A stretch of 64,000 nucleotides of DNA from a bacterium (GTDB taxonomy: Bacteria > SAR324 > NAC60-12), in contig CBDBHR010000017.1 in assembly GCA_965205865.1 (NCBI GenBank), positions 32,776 through 96,775 of the forward strand, written 5' to 3'. The position numbers and the translations under genes are program-made. The notes beneath the pieces are model-generated. The model was given only the letters and a program-made list of their open reading frames with translations. It made no database searches and was not told the origin of the DNA. Shown piece after piece: positions 30,822 to 40,572 of the stretch (its first letter is position 1; the number at the start of each line of letters is the position of its first letter).

Positions 30822-30902
30822 TTTGGTTATCCTGTAAGCAAGGTGTTCTTGATCTCAAAAGAGGGAAACTCCCACCGTCTTGCTTTGAAAAAATGTCAAA
30901 AT

Positions 30903-31080
30903 TCAAGACCTGACCCCTTTTCCATAGCATGCATGCCTAATTGTCGCGCGCCTTCTTCGCTGCGGAAAGTACCTCTGGTAGACGCGTACCTTCATCATGA
31001 GTACGTAAAAAGAGAGGGTCTTGCCAAGACCGTCTAGATTCAAGCTGTGACAAGCGCCACCCTGTAGAACGTCATCGATA
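30903..31080 (-). pseudogene. C-terminal fragment of an AtuA-related protein
   Basis: IDDVLQGGACHSLNLDGLGKTLSFYVLMMKV resembles the AtuA C-terminal motif (from recall); cut at the IS630 end. Confidence 0.5.
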
Positions 31081-31661
31081 TAGTAAAAATCATTAAGTTC
31101 CGTACAGTCGAACAATGTCGTCGATAGGAGTTTCTGTCGGCTGATAAGTGCGAATTTTTTTGAGGTTTGCGAAGTGTTTTTCAATTGGGTTGAAATCGGG
31201 AGAAAAAAAGGAGGAAGAAAGAGTAGTTCGTGTCCGCTTTCCTCAATGAGTTCCCTGGTTTTCCGAGTTTTGTGAAAGGAGGCATTGTCCATGATGAGCA
31301 GGGAGCCAGGCTCAAGTTGCTTGAGCAGTTGTTCTTTGAGGTAGTGATTGAATATAAGGGCATTGAGCTTCCCCTCAAAAAGCAGTGGGGCGAAGAGTCT
31401 TTTTCCCTTGGCTGTGGCCGCGACGAGGTTGGTTTTCGGTCGGCTTCTTCCGTTACGCTCCCCAAAAACCTTGCGTCCCTTGAGGGCCCATGCCCAAGGA
31501 CGGTAGGCCGCACGCTCAAACCCGGTTTCATCAAGATAAACTCTGCGACCGAGGCCATGCCGCATCAAGCTTTGCCTCAGGTCTGCCAAGTATTTGATTC
31601 GGCTGGTGAAATCTCTTTCACGATAACGCGTTTGTTTTTTTTCGGGTCGCTCCCATCCGCT
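31081..31661 (-). mobile_element. IS630-family remnant, 5' end removed by IS5
   Basis: YLDETGF, MDNASFHK and LPP-[frameshift]-SPDFNPIE motifs; an A8C run near 31634-31642; TA at the terminus. Confidence 0.85.
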
Positions 31662-31664
31662 TAA

Positions 31665-32552
31665 GAACCTGTTTGAAAGTCATTTAATTCTCTTTAACAT
31701 CAAGCAAATCATAGCGACATAGATCATGTTTTCAGAGTTTTTTGTTTTTCTTTCATAATCGATGTTGAGTCTTCGATACCATCCAAACCAGGAAAAGGTT
31801 CTTTCGACGATCCACCTTTTCGGTAGGACCTGAAAGCCCGTTCCTTGGAGGTTTAGAGTGATCTCAAGTTCACATTGAAATCGATTCCATAACCATTGGG
31901 CTAATTCCCCTCGATAACCTCCGTCGGCCCAAATCATCTGAATCGAAAAGAACCAGCTAAACATCGATTCCAAAAGATCGTAAGCACTTTTGGAATCGGA
32001 GGCATTGGCATCAGTGACTTTAACCATGAGAAGAATTCCCGAGATATCGACAGCTACATGCCTTTTATGCCCTTTGATTCGTTTATTTCCATCAAAACCT
32101 CGACTATCAGCCAGTTCCGTGGTTTTGACGGATTGACTATCAATCATTGCAGCACTGGGTTCGGGAGCTCTGCCCATTTCTATTCGGGTTTGCCGATGGA
32201 GAAACTGGTGAATCAGGAACCAAGTGTAGTTCTTGCACCATTTATTGTAGTGGTAATAAACACTTTGCCAAGGAGGAAAATCTTTGGGAAGCATTCTCCA
32301 TTGACAACCCGTGGTCACTACATACAAAATGGCGTTTATGATAACTCGTGGTTCCCATTTACGAAGGTGGGCTCCACGAGTTGAAAGTTCGGGAAGGTAC
32401 TCTTGAAGTCTTTCCCATTGTTTATCACTGACATCACTGTTATAACCTGAACGTTCCATGTTCACTCCTTGTTATTAAGGTTTCATTTTTCTCAAAATGA
32501 ATGTGACATGGAACACTTCCAATAGGAAGCTCAACTTATTTCAAACAGGTTC
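31665..32552 (-). mobile_element. IS5-family element, copy 2; transposase 31680-32465
   Basis: Near-identical to copy 1 (three amino-acid differences seen); flanks TAA and TGA. Confidence 0.95.
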
Positions 32553-34668
32553 TGAATCTCTTCCTTAAAATTTACTCAAATGTCCATAGTCCAGATTAAA
32601 TATCATGTAAAGTCTTTCATTAATTATATCAAGATGATAAACTGATATTTGTGACGCGAAGATTTAAAAAAACCCGAGTGTGCACCACCTCGCATGAAGG
32701 GTCAATCGTTGCAGTTACAGTATCTTCGGACTGGTTTCTTTCGTTTTTCCGTAAATCTTCAAGATTTGAAATTTTATGCGCACCATACGTGACCCCCAGA
32801 TGCAGTTCGGCGAAGTCGACGTTGCCGCCATCGAGTTGGATCTAAAATCCCGTGATGACATCCCCCCTATCCTTAGTGGTTTGCAATACATATACGCCAC
32901 GCCAGCATTACGCGCATCGGTATTCAAGGTTCCGGAACGGGTCATCCCCTCGCGAAGCGGCCCGGGCCTGAGCAACGAAGACAGGCATCGCAAAGCGGAC
33001 CCCCGTCTTGGTCGTCCTGGGATGGAGCAGTGGAAGATTCTGGTGCTTGGCGTACTGCGCCTGGGTCTCAACAGCGATTACGACCGCATCCATGAGTTGG
33101 CTAACCATCACGACAGCATCCGGCAGATGCTCGGACATGGAGATCGGGAGGTTCTTTGGTGGGTGGGAGGACAAAACGACATACAACCGGCAGACGATCA
33201 AGGATAACCTGCGTCTTTTCACACCTGAGATTCTCGATGAGATCAATCAGTTGGTTGTCAAAGCCGGACATGGGCTGGTAAAAAAAAACGCCCCAAAAGA
33301 TGGGCCAACCCGAATTCGCACGGAGAAGAAGATTGAACTTCATGATTCAAGCAAGGCGCTACGTGCACGCTGCGACTCCTTTGTGGTTGAAACCAATGTA
33401 CATTATCCGACCGACGTCAACCTGCTCTTCGACGCGGTACGCAAGACGGTTGAAGAATGCGCCAGGCTTTCACGGAGTTGCCAGTTGGAGGGCTGGCGAC
33501 AATATCGGAACAACCTCAGGCAGTTCAAAAAGCAGTATCGTCTCATCCAAAAGCTCAGGCCCTCCACTTCGAAAGTTGAGCAAATAAAGCGTGCCCGTGA
33601 AGAAAAGAGGCGCAAGGAATATCTCAAATACGTCCTCATGGCCAATGGGTATCAACTGCGAGTCCGGACAAGCCTGGAACTTTTGAAAAACGGGTGCGCT
33701 CCTCCTTGAAACTGCTACGCTTACGGGAGTACATGGGCTCTGCAAAAAAACTCATGAGCCAAATCATCCGCAGGGTGCGCTTCAACGAAACCATCCCTCA
33801 TCATGAAAAAATCTTTTCCATCTTCGAGCCCCACACCGAGTGGATCAGCAAGGGCAAGGCGGGAGTGCCGGTGGAACTCGGACTCAGGGTCAACCTCATT
33901 GAGGACCAGCATCAATTCATCCTTCACCATCAGGTGATGCGCAGGCAGACCGATGAGAAGGTGGCCGTGGAAATCGTCGAAGAAACCAAAAAACGCTTCC
34001 CCGAGCTTGCGGTCGTGAGTTGGGACAAGGGCGCTCACAGCCCACAGAATCAGCGTGAACTCAAAGCACTGCTGGATCTTGTCGTGCTTCCCAAAAAAGG
34101 CAAGTTGAGCAAAGCAGACCGGCAGAGAGAAGATTCCCGGGAATTCAAACTCCTGCGCCGCCAACACTCTGCGGTCGAATCCGCCATCAACGCTCTGGAA
34201 GTGCACGGACTCGACCGATGTCCGGATCATGGAATCAAGGGGTTCGAACGCTATGTCGCTCTGGCTGTGCTTGCAAAAAACATCCACCGTCTCGGCACCG
34301 TCCTGCGTGAACAACAAAAAGAACGGCAGCGTCGTAAACGAGGACCCTACAAAAAAGCGGCCTGAACCCAAGAGTGACTCCCCATTCTAAAATAAGAGGG
34401 GAGGCCGGGAGGGGGGGGGCGAGTGTCCAAAAATAGAGGGGGTAACAAAAAATTAGGGATCCCAAAGAAAAATAGCTTCAATTCTCTAAAATATGGCTTG
34501 TTCAAAAACAGATGTTCTCGCGGGTTCTACACCTCCTATTAGTAAAATTGTATTTTTCTGTCAGGAAAAAATGGGATTTTTGATGAGTTTCCCCAAAATC
34601 TTCGTTTCTTGAAAATAGGTGAATACCATTAAATATCATGTAGTTATCTAATTTTCAGCCAAGCACTA
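32553..34668 (+). mobile_element. ISNCY-like element with a frameshifted transposase (32776-34365)
   Basis: Three overlapping ORFs: KSRDDIP...GRPGMEQWKIL, RCDSFVVETNVHYPTD and KIFSIFEPHTEWISKGKAG...HSAVESAINALE. Probable right end ttttcagccaagcacta. Confidence 0.8.
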
Positions 34669-34794
34669 ATTATCACAATGTCCTTCGTCGGACTCGTTGG
34701 TCCGGATTAGCCGTCGACAAAATTTTTTTAGGACTGCTCATTGTTTTGTTTGTGCCAGCTAATGCCGCCCTAGTGAAGCGTGGTGGAAAGATTG

Positions 34795-34936
34795 ATGTTT
34801 CTTGTCGATACCAATATTTGGACAGAGGTATTCTTAAAGCAAGAAAAAACTGAAGAATCTAGAAAGTTTTTAGAAACCCAAGGACTTTGACCGTACAGAT
34901 CGTGGGAAAAACCTTCCCAATCAAGCACTCGAGCAG
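34795..34936 (+). pseudogene. Internally deleted PIN/VapC toxin remnant
   Basis: MFLVDTNIWTEVFLKQEKTEESRKFLE joined out of frame to KDFDRTDRGK. Confidence 0.65.
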
Positions 34937-35141
34937 TTGCCGATCCTGGTCGGGGGCGCGGTGATCTTGGAGAACATCTTTAATCTGCCGGGGATCGGGC
35001 GTCTCTTGGTGAATGCTCTCAATGACCGGGACTACCCGATGGTCTCAGGAATCAACCTGTTTTTCGCAATTGGGGTGGTGCTGCTCAATCTCCTCATCGA
35101 CCTGATTTATCCCTATCCGGACCCGAGGATAAGGTATGAAT
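34937..35141 (+). pseudogene. C-terminal fragment of a DppB/OppB ABC permease
   Basis: GGAVILENIFNLPGIGRL...RDYPMV...DLIYPYPDPRIRY. Confidence 0.85.
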
Positions 35142-35159
35142 GGGGAGATTTCCGGACAA

Positions 35160-35433
35160 GAGATTCTCCTTTCGACGATCGGCCTCAGTTGAATACTTTG
35201 CAGATACTGGGCAAACAAAGCAAATCCGGCAGGACTTGTCAAGATTTCATCACTTGGCTGAATCGCATCAATTGTTTGTTTCTTTTTACCCTGAATTGTT
35301 GTATATTCTTCCATCATGCTCTCTACCTGTCGGGCTGTGTTGAATCCCGTGGTGGTTTTGGTTTTTTCTCACTGAAATATAACATTTATTCCCATGGTTG
35401 AGAGTTTATTTTATTTGAATCACTCAACTCAGG
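35160..35433 (-). mobile_element. IS1380-family 5' remnant
   Basis: End CCTGAGTTGAGTGATTC and an N-terminal peptide resembling the element at 44065. Confidence 0.8.
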
Positions 35434-35440
35434 TTTAACC

Positions 35441-36412
35441 ATGAACAACACCAAAGAGATAACATCCGCAATCAGCGAGCCCAAGAGACGCAGCGTACTG
35501 GCGGATTTCTTTATCAGGCTTCTCAAGGAAAAACCGCTGGGGACGTTTAGCGGGATTATCGTATTGATCTTTATTTTCGTGGCCATCTTTGCCGATCTGC
35601 TGGCACCTTTTCCCTTTGATGAAGTCAACATCCTTGACAGGATGCAGGCCCCCACCGAGCAGTACCTCCTGGGGACCGACCAGTTGGGGCGTGACTTGCT
35701 GAGCCGCCTGATCTACGGGGCTCAAATTTCCTTAACCGTCGGTCTGGCGGCGACCGCGCTCAATGTGCTCATCGCTGTGTTGATTGGCAGCCTTTCAGGA
35801 TTTCTTGGAGGGAAAGTGGACCTGACGGTGCAGCGCTTTGTCGATGCCTGGATGGCCTTCCCGGGACTGCTCTTGTTGTTGACGATCATGTCCCTCGTGG
35901 GGCGGGGCCTCCCCCAGATCATCGTGGTCCTGGGGGTCACAGGAGGCATCGGCAGTTCCAGAATCGTCCGCAGCGCCGTGATAGGGGTCAAAGAAAATGT
36001 CTATTTTCAGGCGGCAGTGGCGATTGGTTGCTCGAAAGGGAGAATCCTGATCCGCCATGTGTTGCCCAATATTGCCGCTCCCGTCATCATCATTTTCACC
36101 ATCAACATCGGGGCCGTGATTATTAGCGAGGCTGCGCTTAGTTTCCTGGGATTCGGTCTGCCCATCAGGGTGCCCAGCTGGGGAGGGATGCTCAGCCGTG
36201 AAGGGCGTGAGTTCATGGAGATGGCGCCACGGCTGGCGCTCTGGCCCGGTCTTTGCCTGACGATTGTCGTCTACAGTCTCAATATGTTCGGTGACGCACT
36301 CAGGGACCTGCTCGACCCCCGACTGCGGGGTAGTGAGGGAAGTTACGGCTCCGCAAAGAGGAAACGCAAACGTGGTCTCCTGGCCCGGGTGCTCTCCCCT
36401 TTCAACTGGTAA
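35441..36412 (+). CDS. Peptide/nickel ABC permease (DppC/OppC)
   Basis: LLGTDQLGRDLLSRLIYGA, RHVLPN, EAALSFLGFG and GDALRDLLDPR motifs. Confidence 0.92.
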   Translation: MNNTKEITSAISEPKRRSVLADFFIRLLKEKPLGTFSGIIVLIFIFVAIFADLLAPFPFDEVNILDRMQAPTEQYLLGTDQLGRDLLSRLIYGAQISLTVGLAATALNVLIAVLIGSLSGFLGGKVDLTVQRFVDAWMAFPGLLLLLTIMSLVGRGLPQIIVVLGVTGGIGSSRIVRSAVIGVKENVYFQAAVAIGCSKGRILIRHVLPNIAAPVIIIFTINIGAVIISEAALSFLGFGLPIRVPSWGGMLSREGREFMEMAPRLALWPGLCLTIVVYSLNMFGDALRDLLDPRLRGSEGSYGSAKRKRKRGLLARVLSPFNW

Positions 36413-36477
36413 GCGGATAAAAAAACGAATACTGCTCTTGTCCCTGATGCAATAGCACTTGAATTTTTATATCCGGC

Positions 36478-36507
36478 TTGACAAAACCATGGGATACCTT
36501 TTATATC
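36478..36507 (+). promoter_or_regulatory. Candidate sigma-70 promoter
   Basis: TTGACA at 36478, 17-18 bp spacer, TTATAT/TATATC, then GGAGG RBS and ATG 36546. Confidence 0.4.
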
Positions 36508-36545
36508 AATAAACCCTAAAACAATTTTGCTGGAGGATACAGACA

Positions 36546-37832
36546 ATGATTGGAGATCGCATCAAAACAAACATTTCAGGTGGGTTGAACTTCCCGTTGC
36601 CGAACATGGTACCTGTGAGAGTGCATTTCGATACGTCCCGTCTTGAGGATATTGAAGGAGCCATTCGGGCAGAATTTCTACGTGAAGAGATTGCGTCAAA
36701 GATCAAACCCGGCCAGAAGATTGCCGTGGGCTGTGGAAGCCGTGGCATCGCCAACATCGCGCTTGTGGCGAAAATGGCGGTTGCTGAAATCAAAAAACGA
36801 GGTGCCCATCCTTTTATCTTTCCTGCCATGGGAAGTCATGGTGGAGCTACGGCGGAAGGCCAGAGAGGGGTGTTGAAAGGATACGGGATAAGCGAAGACA
36901 CCATGGACTGTCCGATTCGGGCCACCATGGACACCGTTGAATTGTCCAGTCTGCCAGATAGCACTCCGGTTTTTATTGATCAATATGCGGCAGAGGCAGA
37001 TGGAATTGTATTGGTCAATCGTATCAAACCCCATACCTCCTTCCGGGGGCCGATCGAAAGTGGCATTGTAAAGATGATGTCCATCGGCATGGGCAAAATC
37101 AGAGCAGCCACCACTTACCATCATCATGGCATGAGCACTTTTCCTGAAGTGCTTCCTCGAGTGGCAGAAGTGATTATTAAGGAACGACCATTTCTTTTCG
37201 GCATTGGATTAGTGGAAAATGCTTTGGACGAAACTGCTATTGTCGAAGCTATTCCGGCGGAAACCCTGTTTCAGCGGGAAGTTGAACTGCAGGCAAAGTC
37301 CAAGCAGATGATGGGAAGGTTGTTATTCGATGAGATAGACGTGCTGGTCATCGATGAGATCGGTAAAAATATTAGCGGGAGCGGTTTTGACCCCAATATC
37401 ACCGGCAACAAGGGCGTCCCCGGATGGGGTGGACCCTCCATCCAAAAGATCGTAGTCCTGGACTTGACCAAGGAAACCAAAGGCAATGCTACCGGTCTGG
37501 GTGGAGCTGATGTGATCACGATGAAGTTGTACCGGCAGATCGACATTGATTCTACCTATGCCAATGTGATCACCTCGGCATCTCTGGGAGGAGGAGCCAT
37601 TCCGGTCATTATGAATACTTCAAAAGAAGCAATTCAACTCGCCGTCAAGACCTGTTTACGCGTGGAGCCTTCCGAATGCAAAATCGTGCGTATCAAAAAC
37701 ACCCTCGAGGTGGCGGAAATTATAGTTTCCGAACCCCTGCTAGAGCAAGTAAATACTCATGCCCAAATGAAAGCGGTTGGTACGCCTGCTCCTTTCCAAT
37801 TTAATGAGGACGAACAACTCGATGCAGCCTGA
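36546..37832 (+). CDS. LarA-like / DUF2088-domain protein
   Basis: GSRGIANI, PAMGSHGGATAEGQ, NRIKPHT and GKNISGSG motifs. Confidence 0.65.
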   Translation: MIGDRIKTNISGGLNFPLPNMVPVRVHFDTSRLEDIEGAIRAEFLREEIASKIKPGQKIAVGCGSRGIANIALVAKMAVAEIKKRGAHPFIFPAMGSHGGATAEGQRGVLKGYGISEDTMDCPIRATMDTVELSSLPDSTPVFIDQYAAEADGIVLVNRIKPHTSFRGPIESGIVKMMSIGMGKIRAATTYHHHGMSTFPEVLPRVAEVIIKERPFLFGIGLVENALDETAIVEAIPAETLFQREVELQAKSKQMMGRLLFDEIDVLVIDEIGKNISGSGFDPNITGNKGVPGWGGPSIQKIVVLDLTKETKGNATGLGGADVITMKLYRQIDIDSTYANVITSASLGGGAIPVIMNTSKEAIQLAVKTCLRVEPSECKIVRIKNTLEVAEIIVSEPLLEQVNTHAQMKAVGTPAPFQFNEDEQLDAA

Positions 37833-37840
37833 GCCGACAG

Positions 37841-38917
37841 ATGAAAGGGAATATGGAAAATTGGGCGGAACTTTCGATCAGCAATGATATCTTTCCTCGT
37901 GAAAATGCCCAATACATGTTGGAAGATGACAGTGTCGACATTTTACAGTTGGTGAATGTTGCCGGTCGGGTACGCATGAAATTTTTCGGTCGGCAAGTAA
38001 AGCTACATCAAATCAATAATATTCAAAATGGTCTATGCCCCGAGGATTGCGGATATTGCGGACAATCGAAGATCACCAAAGCACCCATTAAGAAATATCC
38101 TTTGAAGAAAGAAGATGAGATTGTCCGCGAGGCGCATGAAGCGAAAATACGAGGGGCGTACCGTTATTGTATGGTCGCGAGCGGGAGAGGACCCACCGAT
38201 CAAAGGGTGTATCGACTGGCCAAAGCAATCAAAAGAATAAACCAAGAAGTTGGAATTAAAACCTGCCTGTCTGTGGGAATTATCAATAGAGTCCAGGCAA
38301 AAATTTTAAAAGAAGCTGGTCTGGATCGTCTCAATCACAATCTGAACACGAGTGAAAGACATACTCCCAATATCGTCACCACTCATACCTTCGGAGATAG
38401 GATCGAAACCCTGAAATCAGCGCAGGAAGCTCACCTTGAGATGTGCAGTGGCATGATTGTCGGCATGGGAGAAACGAATCAAGATATATTAGAAGTCGCC
38501 TATGAGCTCAGAAAGATGAAAGTGCCCTCCATTCCGGTTAATTTTTTGGTTCCGGTCCCAGGGAATCCACTTTACGATTTCAATCAATTGACGCCCCTAC
38601 GTTGTTTAAAAGTCCTTTGCATGTTTCGATTTACAAATCCCGACGCCGAAATACGGATTGGAGGGGGTCGCGAAGGGCATTTGAGGGATCTGCAGGCATT
38701 GGCGCTTTATCCGGCAAATTCTTTGTTCATAGAAGGCTACTTGGTCACACGGGGGCACAAGGCCGACAAAACGATTCAAATGATTAGAGATGCCGGATTT
38801 GAAATCGAATCCCCAACAAACACCGAAGAGCAATGGAATGCTGCTCAAAAATATGTCTTGGACAGTAATCCAAATATCTTGAACCCCAAAACGGCATATA
38901 CCGATCAGCCCCATTAA
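37841..38917 (+). CDS. bioB: Biotin synthase
   Basis: CPEDCGYCGQS, NHNLNTS, CSGMIVGMGE, SIPVNFL and GGRE motifs. Confidence 0.95.
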   Translation: MKGNMENWAELSISNDIFPRENAQYMLEDDSVDILQLVNVAGRVRMKFFGRQVKLHQINNIQNGLCPEDCGYCGQSKITKAPIKKYPLKKEDEIVREAHEAKIRGAYRYCMVASGRGPTDQRVYRLAKAIKRINQEVGIKTCLSVGIINRVQAKILKEAGLDRLNHNLNTSERHTPNIVTTHTFGDRIETLKSAQEAHLEMCSGMIVGMGETNQDILEVAYELRKMKVPSIPVNFLVPVPGNPLYDFNQLTPLRCLKVLCMFRFTNPDAEIRIGGGREGHLRDLQALALYPANSLFIEGYLVTRGHKADKTIQMIRDAGFEIESPTNTEEQWNAAQKYVLDSNPNILNPKTAYTDQPH

Positions 38918-39014
38918 TACCCACCTTCGGCAAACTCTGAAAGTGTGCTCCTCAAAAAAAACCCGAAAGTCCATGCGTTTGCGTGAGATACGAGTGGCCA
39001 GTGGAGGATTAAGA

Positions 39015-39785
39015 TTACCCGAGTATTGTACATGCCATTGGCTGCGTGTTTGAAAGAGGAACAGTTTTTCGAATCAGCAGAGAATGCTTCACTTCCCTTT
39101 GGCAGCAAACTGCGACAGTCGCCTTGTGCTGGGGGGTCGGTTTCAGCAGCCAGAATTGCCAGTCCTGCGGATTGTCCCGGAGCCAGGGATCGAAGAAAAT
39201 GCTGAGGGGCTGGTTGGGCGATATATGAAAGGAAAATTGATCCAGAGGGAGGGACAATCCCATGCCTCGTGCCTTGATGTAGGATTCCTTGAGGGTCCAG
39301 TAATCGAAAAAGCGATCTTTTTGCTCCTTGGGCGGAAGCATATATAAATCATCCATCTCCTTTGGAGAAAAATGCTTCTCCGCAATTTTCAACGAAATTT
39401 TCCGTTGGGCTGTCTCCTCCACGTCCACCCCAATGTCCTCCCGTAACACCACCCCACAGCTGATCAAACCGTGAGTATGCGACAGATTGAAACGCAAGTC
39501 GGGCATTCCCATTTCCGGGGAGATTTCAGGCCGACCATGCTCATTTTTTAAAAAGCGCCACTTTTCGGGAGGGGGGGGGCAATAACGAGACAAGGTAGCA
39601 CGGAGCAAAGCACGGGTGATCAGGTATTGATGCCGCTGTCTCTCAAAACGAAGGCGCTGTTGCTGGGCTTTTTCTTCCTCATTCATCAACTGCCGATAAG
39701 CAGACAACAAATTGGGCGCCTGAATTTCTTCGGGAAATGTAAACCACAAATGGATTTGTCCTGGTTTCAGTGTTTCCGGATTCAT
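39015..39785 (-). CDS. Sfp/HetI-type 4'-phosphopantetheinyl transferase
   Basis: GRP, FNLSHT, IGVDVE and WTLKESYIKARGMGL motifs. ATG 39785 chosen because the longer ORF overlaps the tRNA. Confidence 0.92.
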   Translation of the reverse strand: MNPETLKPGQIHLWFTFPEEIQAPNLLSAYRQLMNEEEKAQQQRLRFERQRHQYLITRALLRATLSRYCPPPPEKWRFLKNEHGRPEISPEMGMPDLRFNLSHTHGLISCGVVLREDIGVDVEETAQRKISLKIAEKHFSPKEMDDLYMLPPKEQKDRFFDYWTLKESYIKARGMGLSLPLDQFSFHISPNQPLSIFFDPWLRDNPQDWQFWLLKPTPQHKATVAVCCQREVKHSLLIRKTVPLSNTQPMACTILG

Positions 39786-39817
39786 TAAATCTGCGGTTGG
39801 ACAATGACTGTTTTGAT

Positions 39818-39894
39818 TGGTCGGGGTGACTGGGCTCGAACCAGCGACCTCATCGTCCCGAACGATGCGCGCTACCAAACTGCGCCACACCCCG
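39818..39894 (-). tRNA. tRNA-Pro(CGG)
   Basis: cggggtgtggcgcagtttggtagcgcgcatcgttCGGgacgatgaggtcgctggttcgagcccagtcaccccgaCCA; cloverleaf with encoded CCA. Confidence 0.97.
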
Positions 39895-39967
39895 ACTGGA
39901 AGGTGGGTGGAAGGAAAATGTCAGACCTTATATATGTCGAATATCCGGAAAAAAAGCAATGCAAATC

Positions 39968-40402
39968 TCAGCACTCCTCTTCGCTGGTATCACACACTTG
40001 GAGTTGGAGGAACAAGACACCGTTTTTCAGTTGCGGAGGTCTGGGGGTCGTCATTTGCGGGGTTGGCAAATTAAACATGTATTCAACAGGTCCATGCTGC
40101 CGTTTGCAAATGAGAAAGTCTGCAGTCTCCTTTTTTTTAGATTCGGTAACTGTTCCAGTGATTTTCAAATAGCTGGGGGTGAGGTCCACAGAAATATCGT
40201 CCTCTGAAACACCCGGGAGTTCAAGCTCGAGATAAAGTGTCTTTTCCAGCCAATACAGGTCGTAAATCGGTTCATTGGCGGGGGATTGCTTCTCCATGGT
40301 GGATGTTATAACCGAGGAGGTGCGCTTTTGAATTTCCAATAACTTTTTGTTGACTTCATGCTGCTGTTGCAACAAAAGCTCCAATGAAAGCTCTTTTACC
40401 AT
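39968..40402 (-). CDS. Hsp20/alpha-crystallin family protein
   Basis: PIYDLY...LELELPGVSEDDISV...LKITG...LKNGVLFL. Confidence 0.8.
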   Translation of the reverse strand: MVKELSLELLLQQQHEVNKKLLEIQKRTSSVITSTMEKQSPANEPIYDLYWLEKTLYLELELPGVSEDDISVDLTPSYLKITGTVTESKKKETADFLICKRQHGPVEYMFNLPTPQMTTPRPPQLKNGVLFLQLQVCDTSEEEC

Positions 40403-40572
40403 CTCATACTCTTATGGGTTTCCGGATAATATGTTCGTCATTCGCGTAGGTGTCACCTCCATAGGCAATGGGCGGGACAGCAAATCCGGCAACCTGTGAT
40501 TTTCTATTTTTGTCATTCTTTGCCTGAACAGGAATACAGGGGCATGCCACGCTATTTCGTGATTCGAGTTTT

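Noticed and set aside
39786-39890. N-terminal extension of the PPTase ORF
   Set aside because: It overlaps tRNA-Pro; the real start is probably ATG 39785.
22500-39894. tRNA-Pro-anchored integrative island
   Set aside because: I found no duplicated tRNA 3' end and no integrase, and bioB and the PPTase next to the tRNA look like resident genes.
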